Assembly (NCBI GenBank): GCA_965369815.1
Contig: CBDUQS010000001.1
Coordinates: forward strand, 4,108 to 68,107
Direction of reading: 5' to 3'
Length of the DNA: 64,000 nt
From: an uncultured bacterium
GTDB taxonomy: Bacteria; Patescibacteriota; Gracilibacteria; UM-FILTER-43-11
Position 1 is the first letter of the stretch. Every line of letters begins with the position of its first letter. Below the pieces are notes generated by a model. That model saw only the letters and a list, made by a program, of their open reading frames with translations, was not told the DNA's origin and made no database searches. The position numbers and the translations under genes were made by a program. Of this stretch, positions 16,875 through 26,661 are shown one piece after another.

Positions 16875-19286
16875 ATGAATAACCCTCCAGAAAAAACATC
16901 TCACGATCGAAATATTGTTGATCGTGAAAAATTAAATCATTTAGTTCGCTATATCAATACTCTCATTATTGAGGGGGATTATTCATCCGATGAACCAACA
17001 GGAATGTTGGATAAGATGTTGCACTTGATATACAGCTCAGGTGTTAGTGAAGATGTAGCTATTCGTATAGAAGATATTCTTAAAAGCAAATCGATTCAAA
17101 GTACATCAATTGATGATCAAGAGACAGAAGAGCTTATTAGTCTATGTAAAAACAATAAAGAGAAAGACTCATTAATTAGATTAATAGGGTATTTGCATGG
17201 TTTTGTTCAGAGGAGAGATTTCTTTAAAAAAGGGGGGAGCAAAAGGGAAAGACATCGTAATGACATTATGACTCTCGTGGAAACGGGCCCCTTCCATTGG
17301 AAGGTTGTTAATTTTTTTCGATATAAATTACGTCATTTTTTATACGAGCCTCTTAGTGTTGAATCGGTAATAGAGGAGTTTGATGATTATTGGAAGAATT
17401 GGGAAAAGAAATCGAAGCAAAGAAAAGAAACTCAACTTCAAGATACCCGCTTGCTCATTGAGCCCCAAGACGATGAAGAAAGCGAAGAGCTACCAATTCA
17501 TTCACCGCAGCCAGTAACAGATGAGCCAGATGTCGAACTCGATTTAGAAGATATCGAATTGGATCCAAATGATGACAGGCTTAGAGTTCTTTTTCAGACA
17601 ATGGGTCCAGGGGATAAATGGAAGCCTGAGGTTCAAATGCGTGAATGGAAAAAGATTGAGATGACTGAGGGGAAAATAGAAGAGTCACTAGAGGTATTTG
17701 GAGATTTAAAAATTCTTAAAAAAATAGAAGGAGGGAAATATGTTTTTAATTGTAAAAAATCTGATGGAAGTTTAATGTCTGAAGAATGGTTTAGCGGTAT
17801 TAGATTTAATGAGGAGGGGGCCGTTGTAACGTTTAAGGATGGAAAAGAAAATATCATTAGCCCGAAGGGAGAATTTTTACTCAAAGAGAATTGTGATTGG
17901 GCAGGTCTTTTTTACGAAAAACGCGCCAGAGTGTCAATTAATAAAAAATGGCATTTCATCCGTGAGGATGGAAGCTTCCTATTATCCGATATTGCTGAAA
18001 AAATTGAGGGGGCAAAAGTAGAGGCGATGAGCATGCGCTTAAAGCCGCTTCAGTTTGATAAGGCTGAGGATTTTAAAAATGGCTTTGCGGAAGTTGAATT
18101 AGATGGTGAGGAATTCAAAATCGATATGAATGGAAAACGTTATGAGATAAGAGAGGAAGCAGAAATGCTTCCGAAACCTCATTGGCTAAAAAGCCCAGAA
18201 GAGCAAGAAGCAATTCCATTATCAGGAACAGCGGATGAGCCTCCAGCAATTCCATTACCAGGAACAGACGACAATCTTCCACCACTTGTGGTCGATAAAA
18301 AAGACGGTGAGGGCGCGGAGAAGGAGGCTTCACCTTTTGAACAGCCGATTCCGGATGTATCAACTGAAAAAAATAGCCCTACTCCTGAAGTGGTAACTCC
18401 TTCTATTCCAGATTTTGGAAGAAATGAATTTATTAAGGCAGAAGAATGTAGAAAGAAAGAAAAATATGCAAAGGCTATTGAATATTATGAAAAGGCGATA
18501 AAAAGCAATTGTATTAATAGATTAGAAGCTTTAAATAGAATAGCCGTGTGTCATTACAAACTTGAGGCTTACGATAAGGCGATTGAGTATTTTTGCGAAG
18601 CGTTAAACGTGAGTGTGCAAATAAAAGAGATTAATAATATTTATAAGCTAATTTATAAGACATTAATGAAGATGAATCCAAGTGATCCATCTAGAGCGAT
18701 TGATAAGTTTGAGGGAATTTTGAGAAAATTTAATAAAGAAGAGAGTAATCTTGATGAGGAGTTACTAAAGGTATTGTCAAAAGATCGTATTAAGGCTCAG
18801 GAAAGCAGTATGCATGAAACACTTACTCTTGTAATAATGAGTGAGCCATCTGATGGTGAATTGAGAAAAAAAGCTGAAGAGGTGTGTGACGAATATCGTC
18901 AGTTGGTCAGTCAAAATCCGAATCATAAATTTTCTCATCGTGAAATGGCTCGAAAGCTTAGAATGTTATATGACGAGGGGAAAGTGGAAATTGGATTGGT
19001 ATTTGAGGTTCATGAAATGGATTTAGAAAACAATCCAGATCATTTTGCCTCAATTGCTTCAATCGCTGAAACACATTTTGCAATCGGTGGATATGAAAGC
19101 TTAGTTAAAGCAGCTGAGTATTTTATGCGAGTTTTAGCACTTGAATCGGACGATTCAGCTACGAATAGGCCCGATCTTTATCAGGTATTGAAAAAAGAAG
19201 CTCAAGAGCGTCTGTCTGAAATTCCTAAGAAGATGTCAGAATTGATTCAAAAGGGTCCCGTTCCCACAATAAGAGTCCAAGATTAA
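16875..19286 (+). CDS. WG-repeat / TPR protein (803 aa)
   Basis: WG-type repeats (GGKYVFNCKKSDGSLMSEEWF, KKWHFIREDGS), a Pro-rich duplicated segment, and C-terminal TPR-like helices (KYAKAIEYYEKAIK..AYDKAIEYFCEAL). Confidence 0.8.
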   Translation: MNNPPEKTSHDRNIVDREKLNHLVRYINTLIIEGDYSSDEPTGMLDKMLHLIYSSGVSEDVAIRIEDILKSKSIQSTSIDDQETEELISLCKNNKEKDSLIRLIGYLHGFVQRRDFFKKGGSKRERHRNDIMTLVETGPFHWKVVNFFRYKLRHFLYEPLSVESVIEEFDDYWKNWEKKSKQRKETQLQDTRLLIEPQDDEESEELPIHSPQPVTDEPDVELDLEDIELDPNDDRLRVLFQTMGPGDKWKPEVQMREWKKIEMTEGKIEESLEVFGDLKILKKIEGGKYVFNCKKSDGSLMSEEWFSGIRFNEEGAVVTFKDGKENIISPKGEFLLKENCDWAGLFYEKRARVSINKKWHFIREDGSFLLSDIAEKIEGAKVEAMSMRLKPLQFDKAEDFKNGFAEVELDGEEFKIDMNGKRYEIREEAEMLPKPHWLKSPEEQEAIPLSGTADEPPAIPLPGTDDNLPPLVVDKKDGEGAEKEASPFEQPIPDVSTEKNSPTPEVVTPSIPDFGRNEFIKAEECRKKEKYAKAIEYYEKAIKSNCINRLEALNRIAVCHYKLEAYDKAIEYFCEALNVSVQIKEINNIYKLIYKTLMKMNPSDPSRAIDKFEGILRKFNKEESNLDEELLKVLSKDRIKAQESSMHETLTLVIMSEPSDGELRKKAEEVCDEYRQLVSQNPNHKFSHREMARKLRMLYDEGKVEIGLVFEVHEMDLENNPDHFASIASIAETHFAIGGYESLVKAAEYFMRVLALESDDSATNRPDLYQVLKKEAQERLSEIPKKMSELIQKGPVPTIRVQD

Positions 19287-19296
19287 AAAACGAGTA

Positions 19297-19325
19297 AAAG
19301 CGCTCGCCTTGGCGAGCGCTTTTTT
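19297..19325 (+). terminator. rho-independent terminator
   Basis: agcgctcgc-cttg-gcgagcgct gives a 9-bp GC-rich stem, followed by ttttt. Confidence 0.85.
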
Positions 19326-19359
19326 GGTATATTGATTGCGTTTGATTAATCTAATAAAA

Positions 19360-20775
19360 ATGGAATACGAACCAGTCATCGGACTCGAAGTACACGCTCG
19401 CATCAATAGTAAAACAAAGTTGTTCTGCCGTTGCAGTAATAATATTTTTAATGAAAAGCCGAATAGTCACGTGTGTGGGATTTGCATGGGATTCCCAGGA
19501 ATGCTACCGGCAACTAACGAAGAAGCGGTTAAAAAAGGGGCGAAGGCTGGCTTGGCGCTAGGCTGTACAGTGAATGAGTTCTCTAAATTCGATCGGAAAA
19601 GCTACTTTTACCCCGATCTCCCCAGTGGATATCAGACTTCTCAATTTGATAAGCCAATTGCGGAGCACGGAAAAATAAACATCACATTATCCGATGGTTC
19701 TGTGAAGGTAATTGGGGTGACTCGCTTACATCTAGAGAATGATGCGGGGAAATTAACCCATACTTCTGGCGGAACACTCGTTGATTATAATCGATCAGGA
19801 ACTCCACTGATGGAAGTTGTGAGTGAGCCCGATATTCGCAGTGTAGAAGAAGCTTCACTTTATGCCCGTCAGCTTCAAAAAATCGTTCGTTATGTGAACG
19901 CATCTGATGCAAACATGGAAAAGGGGCAGATGCGTTTCGATATCAATGTTTCATTGCGTCCGAAGGGGCAGGAAAAGTTTGGAACTCGGTCCGAAACCAA
20001 GAACCTCAACTCATTCCGAAGCTTGGAGAAAGCGTTGGAATACGAAATCAAGCGCCAAACCGAATTACTCGAAAGCGGCGGAACAGTGGTGCAGGAAACG
20101 CGTGGATGGGATGACGATAAAGAGGTAACCGTTTCACAGAGAAGCAAAGAAGAAGCGGCGGATTATCGCTATTTTCCAGAGCCCGATATTCCACCCATCA
20201 TCGTTACCAAAGAAGAGATTGAGCAATTAAGGTCAGAATTACCCGAACTCCCTGGAGTAAAGGCAAAACGTTATCAGGAAGAGCTTGGCTTATCATCCGA
20301 CGATGCTCATCAGATTGCTAACTCTGCAGATGTAGCTGATTACTTTGAAAAGGCATTGGCGGTTTCTAAAAGCGCCAAAAAAACATCCAATTGGATCTTA
20401 TCCGAGCTATTAGCAGTTGAGAAGGATGTGAACGCGCTTAATTTATCCCCAGAGAATCTTGGAAAATTAGTAAAATTAATTGAAGAGGGGGCGATTAGTA
20501 ATAAAATCGCTAAAGATGTTTTCGAAGAGATATACCAGGGAAATCTTGATCCTGAAAAAGTAATAGAAGAAAAAGGATTAAAAGTAATGAATGACACAGG
20601 GGAGCTCGAAAAAATTTGCAAGCAGGTGATCGATCGAAATCCGGCAATCGTTGCCGATTTTAAAGGAGGAAAAGAAAAAGCGATTGGCGGTTTGGTGGGG
20701 CAGGTGATGGGCGCCACAAAGGGGTCGGCCAATCCAAAAATGGTAAATGAGATTCTGCGCAAATTACTGTCTTAA
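19360..20775 (+). CDS. gatB: Asp/Glu-tRNA(Asn/Gln) amidotransferase subunit B
   Basis: MEYEPVIGLEVHARINSKTKLFCRC... is the canonical GatB N-terminus. The ATG at 19360 is preferred over the TTG at 19336. Confidence 0.95.
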   Translation: MEYEPVIGLEVHARINSKTKLFCRCSNNIFNEKPNSHVCGICMGFPGMLPATNEEAVKKGAKAGLALGCTVNEFSKFDRKSYFYPDLPSGYQTSQFDKPIAEHGKINITLSDGSVKVIGVTRLHLENDAGKLTHTSGGTLVDYNRSGTPLMEVVSEPDIRSVEEASLYARQLQKIVRYVNASDANMEKGQMRFDINVSLRPKGQEKFGTRSETKNLNSFRSLEKALEYEIKRQTELLESGGTVVQETRGWDDDKEVTVSQRSKEEAADYRYFPEPDIPPIIVTKEEIEQLRSELPELPGVKAKRYQEELGLSSDDAHQIANSADVADYFEKALAVSKSAKKTSNWILSELLAVEKDVNALNLSPENLGKLVKLIEEGAISNKIAKDVFEEIYQGNLDPEKVIEEKGLKVMNDTGELEKICKQVIDRNPAIVADFKGGKEKAIGGLVGQVMGATKGSANPKMVNEILRKLLS

Positions 20776-20811
20776 GTCAACTCCAACCATTCGCTTTTAG
20801 GGGCGAAAACA

Positions 20812-20820
20812 TGGTATAAT
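20812..20820 (+). promoter_or_regulatory. extended -10 promoter element (TGGTATAAT) upstream of clpP
   Basis: Exact TGnTATAAT match, 33 nt upstream of the clpP ATG. Confidence 0.55.
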
Positions 20821-20852
20821 CTTTAAGAATTTAAAATTAAAAAATAAAAATT

Positions 20853-21440
20853 ATGCCAGTTATACCAACTGTTATCGACAAATCTCCTCAGGGAGGAGAA
20901 CGCGCTTATGATATTTACTCACGTTTATTAGAAGAGCGAATTATTTTTCTAGGAACTCAAATCAACGATGAGGTGGCCAATGTGGTAATTGCTCAACTTT
21001 TGTTTTTAGAGAAAATAGATCCAACAAAAGACATCACTGTTTACGTGAATTCCCCAGGAGGATCAGTATCAGCAACACTCGCGATGTACGACACTATGCA
21101 GCTGATTAAATGCGATGTTTCAACCGTTTGTATGGGGATCGCCGCTTCTGGTGGCTCTATTATTTTAATGGGAGGTACAAAAGGAAAGCGTTTCATTCTT
21201 CCTCATTCAGAGGTAATGATTCATCAGCCATTGGGTGGAGCAGAAGGTCAGGCAACCGATATCGCCATTCAGGCCGATCACATCATTCAAACCAAGGGAT
21301 TACTCAACGGTATGATTGCTAAAATGACAGGTCAGCCACTTGCAAAGGTAGAAGCAGATTGTGAAAGAGATTATTACATGCGTGCCAAAGAAGCATTAGA
21401 ATATGGTATTGTCGATAAAATTATTGAGGGGAAGAAATAA
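20853..21440 (+). CDS. clpP: ATP-dependent Clp protease proteolytic subunit
   Basis: [35 protein letters not shown] and MIHQPLGG motifs. Confidence 0.96.
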   Translation: MPVIPTVIDKSPQGGERAYDIYSRLLEERIIFLGTQINDEVANVVIAQLLFLEKIDPTKDITVYVNSPGGSVSATLAMYDTMQLIKCDVSTVCMGIAASGGSIILMGGTKGKRFILPHSEVMIHQPLGGAEGQATDIAIQADHIIQTKGLLNGMIAKMTGQPLAKVEADCERDYYMRAKEALEYGIVDKIIEGKK

Positions 21441-21455
21441 ATTTATAAAAAATAA

Positions 21456-21482
21456 AGAGCCTCGCTTCGGTGGGGCTTTTTT
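21456..21482 (+). terminator. rho-independent terminator with UUCG tetraloop
   Basis: agcctcgc-ttcg-gtggggct stem, followed by tttttt. Confidence 0.85.
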
Positions 21483-21497
21483 GATGTTTGAAAGTAA

Positions 21498-21525
21498 TTG
21501 ACAAATTACAATGATATGTTAAGAT
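21498..21525 (+). promoter_or_regulatory. sigma70-type promoter (TTGACA-16-TAAGAT)
   Basis: ttgaca at 21498-21503 and taagat at 21520-21525. Confidence 0.5.
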
Positions 21526-21544
21526 AGATTTCTTAATAGCCTCC

Positions 21545-23053
21545 ATGAACAAGGGAAAGCATAAACATACAGCCGATACTGAACTAAGTAGATTAAGAAA
21601 TAAGTTTAGTAACAAGCCGGATTCACTATCCGAATCTCAGCGCAATCGTCTTAAGGAATTGTTAGCTAGCAAAAAGGAAAAGAGGGGGCTTACTGCCAAT
21701 GAACAGGATATGATTAGGCGGCTTGGTATGAGCCGTCGGAATTTTTTAAGAATCGGATTAGGTGTTGGAAGTGCTACCTTAATAGGTAGTGTTTATGGCA
21801 TTGGTGGGTTGTTACAAGATGAAAGTACTGACAAATCGGCGCAGGGAAAGTTGGTAGAAAAGCCTAAAGAGATAAAAAAGTCAGAAGATTCATCCGAACA
21901 GTTCCCCTTGCCTGAATGGGCCAAGGAAATTGAGTTGCCTAAGGTTGAATTTAGTGATGAGCCTTTTGATTGGAGTGAAGAAAAAAAAGCTCAATTTTAT
22001 TTGCCAGATGGAATGAGTGCTGAAAAGAGTAAAGTGCTGACCAGAGAATTTGAGGGCAAATTTTTGAAAACTAGGCATTTATTGGAAAAAGCTAACGATT
22101 TAGAAAAACGTATACAAATATTAGACAATTTCCTTTTCAGTTTAATAGAAGGTTTCTTAAATTTAGACACTGAAAATAAAATTAAAGGAGAAGAAATAAA
22201 GTTGAATACACCACAGTTTTGGCAAGTATGGGAGAAGGTATCCAGAACCTTAGCTTTTAATGATATATTTGTTAGCCTTGGAAAATTTGCTGATTTTACT
22301 TTTCATAAAGTAAAAAGATTAGGAAGATGCAGAGTTCAAAATGCAGAAAACAATGTCGAAGTACCGATTATGGCAACCACTGAAGATTGGTGGCATTTTT
22401 CGGCCAAAAATAAACTTTCAATGAAAGATATAGGGACTTATTATGATTTAAATAATGCCATTGTAATGCATCAGCATAAGGGTGCTTCTGCTTTGGGAGA
22501 TTTAATACGCACCATATCGCCAGATGTTTATCGTAATTTTATGCCTAGCAATGTTCACTATGAAAGATTAAAAAAGGCTTACACAGATGCTCATGTGTTT
22601 CATGAGGGGGCCCATGCAGCACTATCCAGAATTTATAAATTTCCTATAAGGCAAGGTGATGTGGCTTTTGGCAGAGTCCCTAAAATTAATTTTGCGGATC
22701 TCCCGATCGAATTTCAAACTGCGACAGCAAGAGAAATTCACGAATTAGGATCTGTGGGTTTTGGATTAATGAATGCGGGAATATCAGCAAAATTATATGC
22801 CTTAAATGCTGCTACGATAACGAAAAGAAAGGCATATTGGTTATCTTCATTGATGTTGAGATCAGAAATCACGAATTTACCGAATGTGAGCGATGAGCTT
22901 AAAGATCAGATTCATAGCAACGCCTTAAAAGGGAAAAAAATGGGTAGAGTGATGGAGTTGGCTTTAGCCGGAGCCGATGATGATCAGCTTTTTTTCATTG
23001 GCGAGAAGATGGCCAAACTTTGTTTATATTTAATTCAGCAAGAAAAAAAGTAA
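21545..23053 (+). CDS. hypothetical exported/membrane-anchored protein with HExxH motif and RR-type hydrophobic segment
   Basis: MSRRNFLRIGLGVGSATLIGS (Tat-like or signal anchor) at residues ~62-82. VFHEGAHAAL contains HExxH. Confidence 0.65.
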   Translation: MNKGKHKHTADTELSRLRNKFSNKPDSLSESQRNRLKELLASKKEKRGLTANEQDMIRRLGMSRRNFLRIGLGVGSATLIGSVYGIGGLLQDESTDKSAQGKLVEKPKEIKKSEDSSEQFPLPEWAKEIELPKVEFSDEPFDWSEEKKAQFYLPDGMSAEKSKVLTREFEGKFLKTRHLLEKANDLEKRIQILDNFLFSLIEGFLNLDTENKIKGEEIKLNTPQFWQVWEKVSRTLAFNDIFVSLGKFADFTFHKVKRLGRCRVQNAENNVEVPIMATTEDWWHFSAKNKLSMKDIGTYYDLNNAIVMHQHKGASALGDLIRTISPDVYRNFMPSNVHYERLKKAYTDAHVFHEGAHAALSRIYKFPIRQGDVAFGRVPKINFADLPIEFQTATAREIHELGSVGFGLMNAGISAKLYALNAATITKRKAYWLSSLMLRSEITNLPNVSDELKDQIHSNALKGKKMGRVMELALAGADDDQLFFIGEKMAKLCLYLIQQEKK

Positions 23054-23129
23054 TAAATTTACTACATCGTTCTCATATTCATGCTTATTAATCAATCCGA
23101 CAGCACGAGCTTTTTTGATGGTGATCATT

Positions 23130-23158
23130 TTGACAAAAATAAAAACTAATATAGTATA
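23130..23158 (+). promoter_or_regulatory. sigma70-type promoter (TTGACA-16/17-TAGTAT)
   Basis: ttgaca at 23130-23135 and tagtat at 23152-23157. Confidence 0.45.
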
Positions 23159-23178
23159 AAACCCTTTTACATAACTGT

Positions 23179-23562
23179 ATGCATTCTCCCTCCCCCTTAA
23201 AATTAGTGCATTCTGCTCCCGAAAAGCAAAAAAAAGTGCAAAAAAAAGTGAGGGAGTCTGTTCGAAGAATCCTATGTGCAATCAATTTAATATTTGGCTT
23301 TCGTCAACTGGAGATGGGGGAAGAATCAAGAACTTTGAGATTGATGAATCGAAGAAGAATAGCACATCTAGCCAATCATCATGAGTACGGTCAATTGGAG
23401 GTTATAAAAGGAGGTGGGGACCCTGAAGAGAGTATAGAGGTTTTACTAGAGAAATTTAGAATAAAATGTCATATACGCTCTTATCATATCCTGAGATTGC
23501 TAAGGGGAAAAAAAGAAGAGGGGAATGTGAGATATAAATTATTCGAACGGCTCAATAAATAA
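23179..23562 (+). CDS. hypothetical small basic protein (uncertain; may be non-coding)
   Basis: The only long ORF in a 560-bp gap. Promoter-proximal, with no SD and no recognisable motif. Confidence 0.3.
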   Translation: MHSPSPLKLVHSAPEKQKKVQKKVRESVRRILCAINLIFGFRQLEMGEESRTLRLMNRRRIAHLANHHEYGQLEVIKGGGDPEESIEVLLEKFRIKCHIRSYHILRLLRGKKEEGNVRYKLFERLNK

Positions 23563-23569
23563 AGGGTAA

Positions 23570-25049
<1,480 letters not shown>

Positions 25050-25095
25050 AAAGGAGTTAGAAAACAAAAAGAAACTTGGTAGCCACTAAAAACCT

Positions 25096-25124
25096 TTGAC
25101 CGAGAAAAGGCGCTCTGCTAGAAT
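25096..25124 (+). promoter_or_regulatory. sigma70-type promoter (TTGACC-17-TAGAAT)
   Basis: ttgacc at 25096-25101 and tagaat at 25119-25124. Confidence 0.55.
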
Positions 25125-25172
25125 CCTGCCGACTTTTATGAGCCTCATAGGTTTCTGAAATAAAAAATTATT

Positions 25173-26270
25173 ATGATCACGGTTGTTTATCCATTTTACA
25201 ATATCGGTTGGTGTGAAAATCGAATGATTTACAATAGTAGACTTGGGCAATTAAGAGATCGGCCAGTATTGGAAAAGTCTGCCCTGAAAGAAAAGATAAG
25301 TACATCAACTCTTCAAATCGGAAATGATTCTCTGGATCAGTATCTGAAGGATCATCCTGATATTGGGATGAAGCTTTTTCCGCTTAAAGAGGGGAGGGTT
25401 GGTGAGCGCCTTAAATATATGGTAATCAAAACCATTGCGGAAAAGGTTGAGACATTCATGGTTCGGAATAAATACCAGTTGGAGCGGTTTCTTGAAAAAC
25501 CAGAATCGACAGAAGACGTAGAAGCGCTTATTAAAAATGTTGCTTATGAAATTGCCGAAGCAGTTTGCTATGCGATGGAGTTGGAGTCCAGAATCAATGT
25601 CGATGCGTTAACCGCTTTACCGAATCGTGGGGCTTTTGAGGAGCGCTTGCGGGAAGAGATTTCCAGGGCAGTTCGCAACGACAGTCCTCTTTGCTTACTA
25701 GTGGTGGATTTAGATAAATTCAAATGGATTAATGACAAATACGGACATCGCGCAGGAGATGAAGTGTTGAGGGAGATTTCAAGACGCCTTAGGAACAAAG
25801 AAGATGAAGAAAGGATTCTAAGAGATTCAGATTTTGTGTCGCGGTATGGGGGGGATGAATTAACCATCTTACTTCCAAATACAACCAAGGAAGAGGGCAA
25901 CATCGCTGCTTATCGCATTTCACAGGCGATCAGAGGAAAACAATGCACCGTTGGCAAAAATGGCTCAAGTAGATCAGTCGACTTGTCAGTAAGTATCGGC
26001 GTTAGTGGATTCACTGGAGGATATACGGATCCGAAGGGCGAGAAAATGTTCGAAGAAGCGGATGACAACCTTTACATCCTTAAGGGTGAAATGAGTGATC
26101 AGGAGGGGGTCCAGAAAGATCGCCGTGGGCAGATCGCCTGCGATGGAAGAGTTCTTGAAGAATCAGACCTTGTAAGAACGCTCGAGGAAAATAAGAACCT
26201 TCAAATGCCAGGTGATCACCGTTTTATTGCAGATGTAGAAAGAGAAAGAATTTTAGAACTGGTTCAATAG
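25173..26270 (+). CDS. GGDEF-domain diguanylate cyclase (GGDEL variant, RxxD I-site present)
   Basis: LTALPNRGAFEERL, VDLDKFKWINDKYGHRAGDEVL and RDSDFVSRYGGDELTILLP. Confidence 0.88.
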   Translation: MITVVYPFYNIGWCENRMIYNSRLGQLRDRPVLEKSALKEKISTSTLQIGNDSLDQYLKDHPDIGMKLFPLKEGRVGERLKYMVIKTIAEKVETFMVRNKYQLERFLEKPESTEDVEALIKNVAYEIAEAVCYAMELESRINVDALTALPNRGAFEERLREEISRAVRNDSPLCLLVVDLDKFKWINDKYGHRAGDEVLREISRRLRNKEDEERILRDSDFVSRYGGDELTILLPNTTKEEGNIAAYRISQAIRGKQCTVGKNGSSRSVDLSVSIGVSGFTGGYTDPKGEKMFEEADDNLYILKGEMSDQEGVQKDRRGQIACDGRVLEESDLVRTLEENKNLQMPGDHRFIADVERERILELVQ

Positions 26271-26276
26271 TGTGAG

Positions 26277-26651
26277 CTATTCACCGCCAGTAATTGCATT
26301 TTTTAGGTCACCCATCTTATCCGAAATTCCCCCTAGATTGTCGGAAGTGGATTTAAGTTGATTGAGTGATTCGTAGAATTCTTTGTACTGGCCACTGACC
26401 TGACTAAAATCAACATTGTCGTTTACAAATCGGAATAAGTAGAATCCACCAACGATAGGGAATATAATAAACACGAGGAAGAATATAAAACTGATAATCG
26501 CTCGCACGATTGCCAAGTGCCGAACGGTTTTTTGATATTTCAGAACCTTATCAACCTTCTCCTCAAGAATAGCCAGAGAGGTTTGATTGGATTTTGGTTC
26601 AGCTTTGGGGATTTCTTTTTTTGGGGTCTCTTGTAAATTGATGTCTTCCAT
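26277..26651 (-). CDS. small membrane protein, hypothetical
   Basis: Central TM hairpin (LAIVRAIISFIFFLVFIIFPIVGGFYLF). It starts 10 nt downstream of the aspS stop, on the same strand. Confidence 0.6.
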   Translation of the reverse strand: MEDINLQETPKKEIPKAEPKSNQTSLAILEEKVDKVLKYQKTVRHLAIVRAIISFIFFLVFIIFPIVGGFYLFRFVNDNVDFSQVSGQYKEFYESLNQLKSTSDNLGGISDKMGDLKNAITGGE

Positions 26652-26661
26652 GGTGGTGAGG

